64,000 nucleotides of DNA from an uncultured Actinomycetota bacterium (GTDB taxonomy: Bacteria; Actinomycetota; Actinomycetes; Prado026): assembly GCA_963771835.1 (NCBI GenBank), contig CAVYVA010000001.1:23172-87171 (forward strand). The letters are read 5' to 3'. The translations under genes and the position numbers were made by a program. Positions 10,256 through 20,193 of this stretch are shown here, in pieces; positions within the stretch are counted from its first letter, which is position 1, and the number at the start of each line of letters is the position of its first letter. The notes beneath the pieces were generated by a model. The model was given only the letters and a program-made list of their open reading frames with translations, did not search any database and was not told where the DNA came from.

Positions 10256-12035
10256 TCAGAGACCGAGCTCGGCCTCGAACGCCCCGTCCTCGAGCCGCTG
10301 CTTGATCGCGACCAGGAAGCGCGCGGCGTCCGCACCGTCGACCAACCGGTGGTCGTACGTGAGCGCGAAGTAGGCCATCGACCGGATCGCGATGCCGTCC
10401 GTCCCGGTGTCCGGGTCGGTCACGACGACCGGCCTCTTGACGACGGTGCCGGTGCCCAGGATCGCGACCTGCGGCTGGTTGATGATCGGGGTGTCGAAGA
10501 GCGCACCTCGGCTGCCGGTGTTCGTCAGCGTGAAAGTCCCGCCGGACAGATCGTCCGGGGTGATCTTGTTGCTGCGCGTCCGCTCGGCGAGGTCGGTGAT
10601 CTTGCGCGCCAGCCCGGCAAGGGTGAGGTCGCCCGCGGAGCGGATGACCGGCACCAGCAGGCCGCGCTCGGTGTCGACCGCGATGCCCAGGTGCTCCGCC
10701 TCGTGGTAGGTGACCGTGCCCGCCTCCGTGTCGATGCTGGCGTTGACCTGCGGGTAGGTCTTCAGCGCGTCGACCGCGGCCTTGGCGAAGAACGGCAGGA
10801 ACGAGAGCCTGACGCCCTCCCGAGCCTCGAACTCGGACTTGGCCCTGGCCCGCAGCCCGGCGACCCGGGTGACGTCGACCTCGACGACCGTCGTCAGCTG
10901 CGCCGAGACCTGCAAGGACTCCACCATCCGCTGCGCGATCACCTTGCGCAGCCGGGACAACGGCTCGGTCCGGCCGCGGAGGGCGGCTGCGGCCGGCGCG
11001 GTGGACGGGGTGGCCGCCGGCGCCGGCACGTTCGCAGCCGCGGCCGGTGCCGGCGCTGCGGCGGCCGCCCGGGAGGCGGCTTCGGCCCGCTGCCGCTCCG
11101 CGGCTTCGAGCACGTCCTGCTTGCGGATCCGGCCGCCGACCCCGGTGCCGGTGAGCGAGGCCAGGTCGACGCCGTGCTCGGCCGCGAGCTTGCGCACCAG
11201 TGGTGTCACGTACGACTCCTCGCCGCCGCCCGTCGGGGTGGCCGAGGCGGCCGGCGCGGCCGCGGTTGCGGCTGCAACGGGTGCCGTGGATGCAGCGGGC
11301 GCCGGGGCGCGGCGGTGCAGGCGGGCGCGGGGCGCGGTGCAGCGGGTGCAGCGCGGTGCCGGGCCTGGGGCCGCGGCCGTGCCGGCGGCGCCGATCACGC
11401 CGAGGGTGGTGCCCACGGGCACGGTGGCGTCCTCGGCCGCATCGATGGACAGCAGCACGCCGGCGACCGGGGCCGGGATCTCGGTGTCCACCTTGTCGGT
11501 CGACACCTCCAGCAGCGGCTCGTCCAGGGCCACGGCGTCGCCGACGGCCTTGAGCCAGCGGGTCACCGTGCCCTCGGTGACGCTCTCGCCGAGCGCCGGC
11601 AGCACGACCGCGGTGGTCGGCCCGGACGCCGGTGGCGCGGGTGCCGCGGGTGCCGCGGCGGTTGCCGCCGTCGCGGCCGGCGGGTCGGCCGGAACCGGCT
11701 CGGCCGCGGCCGGCACAGCGGGCTGGGCGGCGGCCGGCTCTGCGGGCGGGTCGACCGGCGCCTCCTGCGGCGGAGCATCGGCACCGCTGTCGGCCGGCTG
11801 CGTCGCCGATCACCGCGAGCTCGGCGCCGACCGCGACCGTCTCGTCCTCCCGGGCGACGATGCGGACCAGGATCCCGGTCGCCGGGGCCGGGATCTCGGT
11901 GTCCACCTTGTCCGTCGACACCTCGACCAGCGGTTCGTCCACCTGGACCGTCTCACCCTCCTGCTTGAGCCAGCGGGTGACCGTGCCCTCGGTGACGCTC
12001 TCGCCCAGGGCGGGCATCGTGACGGAGACCGTCAT
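10256..12035 (-). CDS. dlaT: 2-oxoacid dehydrogenase E2 dihydrolipoamide acyltransferase (two lipoyl domains); frameshift at ~11795 and a garbled linker at ~11300-11360
   Basis: Two [18 protein letters not shown] lipoyl domains in different frames, [11 protein letters not shown]3-binding domain, [10 protein letters not shown] catalytic motif. Confidence 0.93.
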
Positions 12036-12056
12036 GCGTGTCGACTCCTCGCTTCG

Positions 12057-13445
12057 TCAGCCGTGGGTGTGCAGCGGCTTGCCGGCGAGCGCGAGATGCG
12101 CCTCGCCGACCGCCTCGGACTGGGTCGGGTGCGGGTGGATCAGCGAGGCGACGTCGTCGGCGTAGGCCTCCCAGTTGTAGATGAGCTGGGCCTCGGCGAG
12201 CAGCTCGCCGACTCGGGCTCCGACCATGTGCACACCGACCACCGGCCCGTCCACGACCGACACCAGCTTCACGGCGCCGGCGGTCTTGAGGATCTGGGAC
12301 TTCCCGTTGCCGGCCAGGTCGTAGGTGAGCGTGCGCACCTTGTCGTCGCCGTACCGCTCCCGGGCGGCCGACTCGGTGATGCCCACCGAGGCCACCTCGG
12401 GCTCGCAGTACGCGATGCGCGGGACGCCGTCGTAGTCGATCGGGCGCGGGTTCAGCCCGCCGATGTGCTCGGCGACCAGGATCCCCTCGGCGAAGCCGAC
12501 GTGCGCGAGCTGCAGCGTCGGGATGAGGTCGCCCACGGCGTACACACCGGGCACCGAGGTACGGCAGAACTCGTCCACGGTCACGAACCCGCGGTCGATG
12601 GCCACCCCGGCCTCGGCGTACCCGAGGCCGTCGGAGACCGGGCCGCGGCCGACCGCCACCAGCAGGACGTCGGCGTCGAAGGTCTTGCCGCTCTCCAGCG
12701 AGACCCGCACCCCGGTGGCCGTGTGCTCCACCCCGCTGAAGCGGACCCCCAGCTCGAACGCGATGCCCCGCTTGCGGAACGCCCGCTCGAGCAGCTTCGA
12801 GCTGGACTCGTCCTCCAGCGGCACCAGGTGCGGCAGCGCCTCGACGACCGTGACCTCGGCGCCGAACGAGCGCCAGACGCTCGCGAACTCCACCCCGATC
12901 ACGCCGCCGCCGAGGATCACCGCCGACCGGGGGACGTAGTCCATGGTCAGCGCCTGGTCGCTGGTGATCACCCGGGCGGCGTCGATCTCCAGACCGGGCA
13001 GCGTCCGGGCGTACGAGCCGGAGGCCAGCACCACGTGCCGGCCGGTGTAGTCGGTGTCGCCCACGCGCACGGTGGTGGGGGAGACCAACCGGCCCTCGCC
13101 GGCGACCAGGGTGATCCCGCGGCTCTTCACGAGGCCCTGCAGGCCCTTGTACAGCCGGCCCACGACCTGGTCCTTGTACGTGTTCACGCCGGTCATGTCG
13201 ATGCCGTCGAGGGTGGCCCGGACCCCGAACTGCTCGGACTCGCGGGCCGCGTCGGCCACCTCGGCCGCATGCAGGAGCGCCTTGGTCGGGATGCAGCCAC
13301 GGTGCAGGCAGGTCCCACCGACCTTGTCCCGCTCGACCAGGGCGACGCTCAGACCCAGCTCGGCGGCCCGCAGGGCGCACGCGTAGCCGCCGCTGCCGCC
13401 GCCGAGGACGACGATGTCGAAGGTGCCATCGACGGTGTCCGGCAC
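12057..13445 (-). CDS. lpdA: Dihydrolipoyl dehydrogenase
   Basis: GGGSGG, GGTCLHRGCIPTK, HPHPTQSE. Confidence 0.97.
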   Translation of the reverse strand: MPDTVDGTFDIVVLGGGSGGYACALRAAELGLSVALVERDKVGGTCLHRGCIPTKALLHAAEVADAARESEQFGVRATLDGIDMTGVNTYKDQVVGRLYKGLQGLVKSRGITLVAGEGRLVSPTTVRVGDTDYTGRHVVLASGSYARTLPGLEIDAARVITSDQALTMDYVPRSAVILGGGVIGVEFASVWRSFGAEVTVVEALPHLVPLEDESSSKLLERAFRKRGIAFELGVRFSGVEHTATGVRVSLESGKTFDADVLLVAVGRGPVSDGLGYAEAGVAIDRGFVTVDEFCRTSVPGVYAVGDLIPTLQLAHVGFAEGILVAEHIGGLNPRPIDYDGVPRIAYCEPEVASVGITESAARERYGDDKVRTLTYDLAGNGKSQILKTAGAVKLVSVVDGPVVGVHMVGARVGELLAEAQLIYNWEAYADDVASLIHPHPTQSEAVGEAHLALAGKPLHTHG

Positions 13446-13596
13446 GGTTGCTCCTCGGTGTCGCGGCTGGCGCGGTCCAGCGGTGGCGTCATCATTTCAC
13501 CCTGGCGGGATCACCGGCCAACCGCCGGTCGTTGCCAGGCTTCGCCCTGCTCCGCCCGCTACCGTTGGCCCTGCTCGACTTCGTCCGGGAGGTTCC

Positions 13597-13953
13597 GTGG
13601 GTCTGTTCGGCCGGCTGGGCCGTCGCCGCGACCGCCAGCGACCCGGGCTGCCCCGGCAGGCCGTCTCGGAGGACCGCAAGCACCTCGAGGAGTTCGTCCG
13701 GACCAGGACCGGGGTCGAGGCGTTCGTCGAGCCGCGCACCACGGTCACCGAGACGACGGTCGTCCTGGTCGCCACGTCGGGGGAGTGGACCCGCCGCCGG
13801 GTGCCCTCGCCGAAGGTCGCGCACGAGTGGGCGAACGCCCTGGGCGTCCCCTCGTACGACGCGGCGGTGGTCGGCTATCCGCAGCGGATGCGCGACTGGA
13901 CGGCCGCGAAGGCCGCCGAGCAGAAGCGCCGCGCCGCCGGCGACACCGCCTGA
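13597..13953 (+). CDS. Conserved actinobacterial protein between lpdA and pepA
   Basis: GGAGG RBS + GTG; GVEAFVEPRT..LVATSGEWTRRRV..YDAAVVGYPQRMRDW family motif. Confidence 0.8.
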   Translation: MGLFGRLGRRRDRQRPGLPRQAVSEDRKHLEEFVRTRTGVEAFVEPRTTVTETTVVLVATSGEWTRRRVPSPKVAHEWANALGVPSYDAAVVGYPQRMRDWTAAKAAEQKRRAAGDTA

Positions 13954-13960
13954 GGTCGGG

Positions 13961-15529
13961 TCAGAACCGGCCGGCCGCCAGGTCCTCCGCCAGCTGCACC
14001 AGCGTCCGCACCGTGAACCCCGTCCCGCCCTTGGGCGTGTACCCGTAGGGCGCGCCCTCGTGGTACGCCGGTCCGGCGATGTCGATGTGCGCCCACCGTC
14101 GTCCCGGCTCGACGAACTCGCGCAGGAAGACCCCGCCCGAGAGCATGCCGCCCAGCCGCGCGTTGTCCACGTTCGCGATGTCGGCCACCTGCGAGTCCAG
14201 GCCGCGCCGGAGCTCCTCGGGCAACGGCATCGGCCACATCACCTCGCCGACGCGGTTGGCGGCGTCGAACACCGCGTCCCGGAGGGCGTCGTCGTTGGCC
14301 ATGATCCCGGCGGTTCTGGCCCCGAGTGCGATCCGGGCCGCTCCGGTGAGCGTCGCCACGTCGATGATCGCGTCCGGGTCCTCGGCGGCCGCGGCCACCA
14401 TCGCGTCGGCGAGGACGAGCCGGCCCTCGGCGTCGGTGTTCAGCACCTCGACCGTCCGGCCGCCGTACGTCGTCAGCACGTCGGACGGGCGCTGCGACCC
14501 GCCGCCGGGCATGTTCTCGGCCAGCGGGAGCCAGCCGGTGACGTCCACGACCGGTTTCAGGCGGGCGACCGCGACCATCGCCCCGAGCACGGCAGCGGCG
14601 CCGCTCATGTCGCTCTTCATGGCCTCCATGCCGGCTGCGGGCTTGATCGACAGGCCGCCGCTGTCGAACGTGATGCCCTTCCCCACGAGCGCCAGGTGAC
14701 CGGTGGCCTTCGGGTGGCGGTAGGCGACCCGGACCAGCCGCGGCGGGTTCGCCGAGCCCTGCCCGACCCCGAGGATCCCGCCGTACCCGCCCTTGCGGAG
14801 CGCCTTCTCGTCGAGCACCGACACGGCCAGCCCGGCCTGGCCGCCCTCGTGCTGCGCGACGTCCGCGAAGGCCGCCGGGGTCATGACGTTCGGCGGGGTG
14901 TTGATCAGGTCCCGCGCCAGCGTCATCGCGTCGGCGACCGCGCGGGCGTGCGCCAGCCCGGCGCGCGCGGCGCTGGCGTCGGCCGCCGGGCCGGTGGCGA
15001 CCACGAAGGCCCGGACCCCCGGCTTGCTCTGGTCGGCGCTGTGCCCGCGGAACCGGTGGAACGCGTACGCCCCGAGTGCCGCGCCGGTCGCGACGGCCTC
15101 GACGGCGGTGGCGTCCGCGGCCGGCAGACCGAGCACGACCCTGCCGCGGCCGGCCAGGCTCCGCGCGGCGGCACCGGCGGCCCGGCGCAGCGTCTCGGCG
15201 TCGTACGTGCGCTGCTGGTCGCCGAGCCCGGTCACGACCAGCATCCCGGCGGCGACCCCGGCCGGAGCCGGGATGCGCACCACCTCGTCGGGGGCGCCGG
15301 TCACGCCGAGCGCCGCCAGGGTGCGTCCCAGCCCGCGCAGCGCGCCGGATGCGTCCGGCCCGACGACCACCGGCGGCTTGCCGCCGGACCCGGGGCGGCC
15401 GGAGCCCGCTCCTTTGGCACCTTTGCCGCCCTTGGCTCCCTTGGACCCGGCTGCCCTCGCGACCCCGACCACGAGGGCGTCGCCCGGGACGGCGCTGGGC
15501 AGGTCGGCGGAGAGCGTGAGGGTGGCCAA
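13961..15529 (-). CDS. pepA: Leucyl aminopeptidase (M17)
   Basis: VGKGITFDSGG, MKSDMSG, NTDAEGRL; AGGAG RBS + TTG start at 15529. Confidence 0.95.
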   Translation of the reverse strand: MATLTLSADLPSAVPGDALVVGVARAAGSKGAKGGKGAKGAGSGRPGSGGKPPVVVGPDASGALRGLGRTLAALGVTGAPDEVVRIPAPAGVAAGMLVVTGLGDQQRTYDAETLRRAAGAAARSLAGRGRVVLGLPAADATAVEAVATGAALGAYAFHRFRGHSADQSKPGVRAFVVATGPAADASAARAGLAHARAVADAMTLARDLINTPPNVMTPAAFADVAQHEGGQAGLAVSVLDEKALRKGGYGGILGVGQGSANPPRLVRVAYRHPKATGHLALVGKGITFDSGGLSIKPAAGMEAMKSDMSGAAAVLGAMVAVARLKPVVDVTGWLPLAENMPGGGSQRPSDVLTTYGGRTVEVLNTDAEGRLVLADAMVAAAAEDPDAIIDVATLTGAARIALGARTAGIMANDDALRDAVFDAANRVGEVMWPMPLPEELRRGLDSQVADIANVDNARLGGMLSGGVFLREFVEPGRRWAHIDIAGPAYHEGAPYGYTPKGGTGFTVRTLVQLAEDLAAGRF

Positions 15530-15541
15530 GGTTCCGGCTCC

Positions 15542-15594
15542 TGTCGGTGGTTGTCGGTAGAGTTGTCGGGAGGCTTGTCGGAGGCTTGTCGGTG
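15542..15594 (+). repeat. Five closely spaced TGTCGG units; the first forms a TGTCGG-N10-TA-N3-T (PafBC/RecA-NDp-type) promoter motif
   Basis: ctgtcggtggttgtcggtagagttgtcgggaggcttgtcggaggcttgtcggtgg in the pepA/gcvT divergent intergenic region. Confidence 0.6.
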
Positions 15595-15641
15595 GGCGGA
15601 CTGGCGCAGTCCTAGCGGCCGACCCTAGTAGCGTGCCCGCC

Positions 15642-16781
15642 GTGACCGACCCCGACCCGTCGCCAGGTGCATCGGACGCCGTCCTGCTCACCTCGCCGCT
15701 GCACGACCGGCACGTCGCCCTGGGCGCCAAGATGGCCGACTTCGGCGGCTGGGAGATGCCGATCGAGTACCCCGGCGGGGGGGTGCTGAAGGAGCACGCG
15801 GCCGTGCGCGAGGCCGTCGGCGTGTTCGACGTGTCGCACCTGGGCAAGGCGTCGGTGCGCGGGCCCGGGGCGGCCGCGTTCGTCGACGCGACGCTCACCA
15901 ACGCGCTCAGCAGGATCGCTCCCGGGCAGGCGCAGTACACCTTGTGCTGCGACGAGTCCGGCGGCGTCGTCGACGACCTGATCGCCTACCTGGTGTCCGA
16001 CGAGGACGTGTTCCTGGTGCCGAACGCCGCGAACACCGCCGAGGTCGTGCGCCGCCTCGCCGCCGCCGCGCCCCCGGGGGTCGAGGTGCAGGACCTGCAC
16101 CGCTCCTACGGCGTGCTCGCCGTGCAGGGCCCGCGGTCGGCCGAGCTGCTGGACCGGCTGGGCCTGCCGACCGGGCACCCGTACATGTCGTTCGAGACCG
16201 GCGAGCTCGACGGCGCGTCGATGTCGGTGTGCCGCACCGGGTACACCGGCGAGCACGGCTACGAGCTGGTTCCGCGCTGGGAGGTCACCGCCGTGGTGTG
16301 GGACCGCATCCTCGCCGCGGGGGCCGACCTCGGCGTCCGGCCGTGCGGGCTGGGCGCGCGGGACACGTTGCGCACCGAGATGGGCTACCCGCTGCACGGC
16401 CAGGACCTGTCGCCGCTGATCTCGCCGGTGCAGGCCCGGTCCGGGTGGGCGGTCGGCTGGGACAAACCGGCGTTCTGGGGCCGGGAGGCGCTGCTGGCCG
16501 AACGGTCCGCCGGTGCAGCGCGCCTGCTGTGGGGGCTGCTCGCCCAGGACCGCGGCATCCCGCGCCCGCACATGCAGGTCCGCTCCGGCGCGGGTGACCA
16601 GCGGGTGCTCGGCGAGGTGACCAGCGGTACGTTCTCGCCCACGCTGCGTCGGGGGATCGGGCTGGCCCTGCTGGACCGCGCGGTAGCGGCCGGCGACGAG
16701 GTCGTCGTGGACGTCCGCGGCCGGCCGTCGACGATGCTGGTCGTCCGGCCGCCGTTCGTGCACCCGGACGGCCTCCGGTAG
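15642..16781 (+). CDS. gcvT: Glycine cleavage system aminomethyltransferase T
   Basis: [44 protein letters not shown]; TAGCGT -10 7 nt before GTG. Confidence 0.96.
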   Translation: MTDPDPSPGASDAVLLTSPLHDRHVALGAKMADFGGWEMPIEYPGGGVLKEHAAVREAVGVFDVSHLGKASVRGPGAAAFVDATLTNALSRIAPGQAQYTLCCDESGGVVDDLIAYLVSDEDVFLVPNAANTAEVVRRLAAAAPPGVEVQDLHRSYGVLAVQGPRSAELLDRLGLPTGHPYMSFETGELDGASMSVCRTGYTGEHGYELVPRWEVTAVVWDRILAAGADLGVRPCGLGARDTLRTEMGYPLHGQDLSPLISPVQARSGWAVGWDKPAFWGREALLAERSAGAARLLWGLLAQDRGIPRPHMQVRSGAGDQRVLGEVTSGTFSPTLRRGIGLALLDRAVAAGDEVVVDVRGRPSTMLVVRPPFVHPDGLR

Positions 16782-16799
16782 GAGCGGTTCCGCGGCGGT

Positions 16800-17210
16800 T
16801 CAGGTCCGCTCGAGGACGACGACCGGGATCGTGCGCTCGACGCCGGTCTGGTACTCGGCGAAGAACGGGTGCGCCGCGCTGATCGTGGCGAACAGCTCGT
16901 CGCGGTCGCGTCCGCGCGGCACCACCGCCAACGCGTCGTACGACTCCACCTCGATCTCGACGTGCACGTGCGGGTCTGCGACCAGGTTCAGGTACCACTG
17001 CGGGTCCGCGGGAGAGCCGGCGTTCGAGGCGACCACCATGAGCCGGCCGCGGTCCCGGACGAACATCATCGGCGTCGTCCGCGGCTCGCCGCTGCGCCGC
17101 CCGGTGGTGGTGAGCAGCAGCAGATGACGACCGTCGGGTGCCCCGTGACCGGCCCGGAACTGCTCGATCAACCGCTGGTTGTGCGCACGCATGTCGTCGG
17201 GCAACGCCAT
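16800..17210 (-). CDS. Deazaflavin (F420)-dependent nitroreductase family oxidoreductase
   Basis: LLLTTTGRRSGEPRTTP, VASNAG, PQWYLNL, RTIPVV. Confidence 0.9.
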   Translation of the reverse strand: MALPDDMRAHNQRLIEQFRAGHGAPDGRHLLLLTTTGRRSGEPRTTPMMFVRDRGRLMVVASNAGSPADPQWYLNLVADPHVHVEIEVESYDALAVVPRGRDRDELFATISAAHPFFAEYQTGVERTIPVVVLERT

Positions 17211-17219
17211 GGGCCGACG

Positions 17220-17891
17220 CTAGCGCGGCACCGCCTCGTACGGCACGAGCGAGCGGTGCCGACCCCCGAACCGCAGGTACAGCGCGATCACCCCCGCTGT
17301 CACGGCTGCCCACGCGCACCACAGCGATGCGAAGCCGTCGATGGTCAGCCGGGCCAGCACGGCGACGGCCACCAGGTTCACCACCCCGAAAGCCGCGAGC
17401 TGGGGGTGGCCGGACAGCAGCAGCGACCCGCAGGTGGCCGCGACGTAGGCGATGACGATCGGGTAGCCGGCGTGCAGTCCGATGCCGTACCCGACGTGGT
17501 AGTCCCCGAGCCGGGCGGTCACCGGGCCCACCAGCATCCCGGCCAGCAGCACCGCGGAGACGACCGCGCCGAGGGCGACGAAGCCCGCCATCAGCGACCT
17601 CCGTCGCCCGGTCGGCTCCAGCGCGAGCACGGCGGCCGGGACGTACACCGGGAGCACGACGAACGCGAACAGGAGGTACGCCCATACGGCCACCTCGCCC
17701 ACCGTCGCGCTGACGTGCCCCTGCAGTCCCCACCAGACGAAGGCCTCGTCCACCTGGTGCGCCGCCAGGAGCAGGGGGAGCGCGGCGAACGCCAGATGGC
17801 CCCGGCGCCGGTGCACGTGGCGTAGGGCGTCGATCCCGATCGCGGCCAGAACGACGCCGCCGACGAGGTCGCCCTGCGGGGAGAAGCACAC
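17220..17891 (-). CDS. Integral membrane protein (DUF6629-like, CFS N-terminus)
   Basis: Starts (M)CFSPQGD; HQVDEAFVW and FASLWC motifs; about 7 TM. Confidence 0.7.
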   Translation of the reverse strand: MCFSPQGDLVGGVVLAAIGIDALRHVHRRRGHLAFAALPLLLAAHQVDEAFVWWGLQGHVSATVGEVAVWAYLLFAFVVLPVYVPAAVLALEPTGRRRSLMAGFVALGAVVSAVLLAGMLVGPVTARLGDYHVGYGIGLHAGYPIVIAYVAATCGSLLLSGHPQLAAFGVVNLVAVAVLARLTIDGFASLWCAWAAVTAGVIALYLRFGGRHRSLVPYEAVPR

Positions 17892-17980
17892 CCCTTGAAC
17901 GTAGCCCTGGCGCCGCCGGGCGCCCGTTGCGCGCCGTCGGACCCCGATGATCTGCTGGGACCTTCCCTCGGAGGTGGGCG

Positions 17981-18889
17981 ATGGGCGGTCCAGGGCTGAC
18001 GGTCCTCGGGGTCCCGACGAGCGCGGGTGCGCACCACGCCGGTCAAGAGCTGGCACCGGCTGCGATCCGCGCTGCCGGCCTCGTCGAGCGGCTGCGTGCG
18101 GGCGGCGTGGACGTCCAGGACGGCGGCGACCTCGCCGGCGAGGTGTTCGCCGTCGACGAGGTCGGGTCGAGGCACCGCAACCTCGATGCGGTGGTGCGGG
18201 TCGCCCGGCTGGTGGCCGACGCGACGGCGGACGTGCTGCGGTCCGGGCGGGTGCCGATGCTGCTGGGCGGGGACTGCACGATCACGTTGGGCGTGCTGGC
18301 CGGTACCCAGCGGGTGCACCCGGACGCCGGCCTCGCGTACTTCGACGGCGACGCCGACCTGTCCACCCCCGCACGGACGCGCGGCGGGGTGATGGACGCG
18401 ATGGGCATCGCGCACCTGCTCGGGATCGCCGACAGCGAGCTCGCCCGGCTGGACGGGCCGGCGCCGATGCTCACCGACGAACGGCTGGTCATGCTCGGGT
18501 ACGACCCGGGTGACCCGGACGCGTTCGACGGCGAGGTGCTCGCATCCAGGCCCGGTCTGGTGCACCACTCCTACCGCGAGCTGCTGGTCGCCCCTGAGAA
18601 GCTCGCGCACGAGACGGTCGACGCGCTGGAGGCCGCCGCGTCGCGGATCGTCGTCCACTTCGACGTCGACGCCGTCGACAGCAACGACCTGCCGCTGGGC
18701 AACTTCCCGCACTACGGCACCGGCGTCCCGCTGGACACCGCGGGGTCCGTGCTGGAGATCCTGTGCTCCACCTCCCGGTTGGCGGCGATCGTGCTGACCG
18801 AGGTGAACCCGAGCCACGACCCGTCCGGCCGGTCCGTCGCCCGCTACGTCGAGGCTGTCGGCGGCGCCGTCGTCGGTGCTCTCGGCTGA
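17981..18889 (+). CDS. Arginase/ureohydrolase family protein
   Basis: LGGDC, YFDGDAD, HFDVDAVD, EVNPSHD. Confidence 0.85.
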   Translation: MGGPGLTVLGVPTSAGAHHAGQELAPAAIRAAGLVERLRAGGVDVQDGGDLAGEVFAVDEVGSRHRNLDAVVRVARLVADATADVLRSGRVPMLLGGDCTITLGVLAGTQRVHPDAGLAYFDGDADLSTPARTRGGVMDAMGIAHLLGIADSELARLDGPAPMLTDERLVMLGYDPGDPDAFDGEVLASRPGLVHHSYRELLVAPEKLAHETVDALEAAASRIVVHFDVDAVDSNDLPLGNFPHYGTGVPLDTAGSVLEILCSTSRLAAIVLTEVNPSHDPSGRSVARYVEAVGGAVVGALG

Positions 18890-18901
18890 GTCGCCCGCTC
18901 C

Positions 18902-19306
18902 TCAGGACGAGGCGGGCTTCTCCTGCACGGCCCAGCTGTTGCCGTCCGGGTCGTCGAAGAAGCAGAAGGTGTTCCAGGGCCCGCCGTGCCCGTCCTCCCA
19001 GCCGTTGTCGCCCATGAACCGCAGTGGCGTCACGTCGACCCCGCCGGCGACGAGCTGGGCCCGGGCCTTCTCGATGTCCGTGACCACCAGCTGGAGCCCC
19101 TTCAGGGAGCCGGGCGGGGAGTCGCCCAGGCCTTGGCCGATCGTCACCGAGCAGGCCGAACCCGGCGGGGTCAGCTGGACGACCCGCATCGTGTCGCTGA
19201 TCCGGCGGTCCACGTCGACGACGAACCCGACCTGCTCGTTGTAGAACGCCTTCGACCGGTCGACGTCGGACACCGGTACGACCACGACCTCGATCTTCCA
19301 GTCCAT
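18902..19306 (-). CDS. VOC/glyoxalase family protein
   Basis: MDWKIEVVVVPVSDVDRSKAFY, QLTPPGSACS, FDDPDGNSWAVQE. Confidence 0.92.
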   Translation of the reverse strand: MDWKIEVVVVPVSDVDRSKAFYNEQVGFVVDVDRRISDTMRVVQLTPPGSACSVTIGQGLGDSPPGSLKGLQLVVTDIEKARAQLVAGGVDVTPLRFMGDNGWEDGHGGPWNTFCFFDDPDGNSWAVQEKPASS

Positions 19307-19320
19307 GCCGTGCTCCCTCG

Positions 19321-20124
19321 CTAGCCGGACGTGCCCCGCACGGCCCACGCCCGGGCGGTCAGCCTGATCGATCCGTCCGGCTCCGTGGGCAGCTCGGCCC
19401 GGAGCCGGACGCGCAGCCGCTCGAGCCGGTCGTCCGCGAGCTCCGAACAGTAGCCCGGCGCCGGACCCTGCCCGCCCAGGAACGGCGTCCAGTAGTCGTC
19501 GAAGTCGCGGAACGTCGTCGGGACCTCGAGCGGGCGCGTGACGACGTCGACCAGCCCGGCCGTCCCGAAGCAGTCCTCGAGGCCACCGCGCTGGCAGATC
19601 GGGAAGCGCGCACCCTCGTCGAGCGCGCGGGCGTCCGCGTCCTCGGCGACCGCCGCGTCCCAGAAGTGCCGCAGCATCCGCATCCCGTCGGCGTAGTCCC
19701 AGACGTACCCGCCCACGACGCCGCCGGGGGCCAGCACCCGCCGCATCTCGCGCACCGCGACCACGGCGTCCGGCACGAAGTTGAGGACGAGCCCGCACCC
19801 GACCCGGTCGATGGACGCCTCCGGCAGCGGCAGGTCGTCGGCGCCGGCGACGCGGAACGTGACCCGCGGGTCGCGGATCCGTCCAGCTGCACCGTCGATG
19901 TACGCCGCGGACGGGTCGACCCCGACGAGCGAGGCCGGATCGGCGGCCGCCAGCACCGCCTCGCTCAGCGCTCCGGTGCCGCAGCCCACGTCCAGCCAGC
20001 GCAGCCCGGCCGGCGGGTCGAGCCAGGTCACGAACTCGCGCGCGACCAGCCGGCTCCACCGTCCGATGAACGGCTCGTACCTGTCGGCCGACGACCACGC
20101 CTCGCCCGTCATGCCGCCCAGCAT
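19321..20124 (-). CDS. Class I SAM-dependent methyltransferase
   Basis: LDVGCGTG, GVDPS, RRVLAPGG; start may be 20112. Confidence 0.9.
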   Translation of the reverse strand: MLGGMTGEAWSSADRYEPFIGRWSRLVAREFVTWLDPPAGLRWLDVGCGTGALSEAVLAAADPASLVGVDPSAAYIDGAAGRIRDPRVTFRVAGADDLPLPEASIDRVGCGLVLNFVPDAVVAVREMRRVLAPGGVVGGYVWDYADGMRMLRHFWDAAVAEDADARALDEGARFPICQRGGLEDCFGTAGLVDVVTRPLEVPTTFRDFDDYWTPFLGGQGPAPGYCSELADDRLERLRVRLRAELPTEPDGSIRLTARAWAVRGTSG

Positions 20125-20137
20125 GCCGTCCCCTCAC

Positions 20138-20193
20138 CCGGTCGTTGCATACGGATCGGGGGTCATGACCCCCGATCCGTATGCAACGACCGG
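20138..20193. repeat. Perfect 56-bp palindrome (28-bp arms, no loop)
   Basis: CCGGTCGTTGCATACGGATCGGGGGTCA|TGACCCCCGATCCGTATGCAACGACCGG checked base by base. Confidence 0.95.

Noticed and set aside
11455-12020. Direct repeat of ~200 bp within dlaT
   Set aside because: Simply the two tandem lipoyl domains
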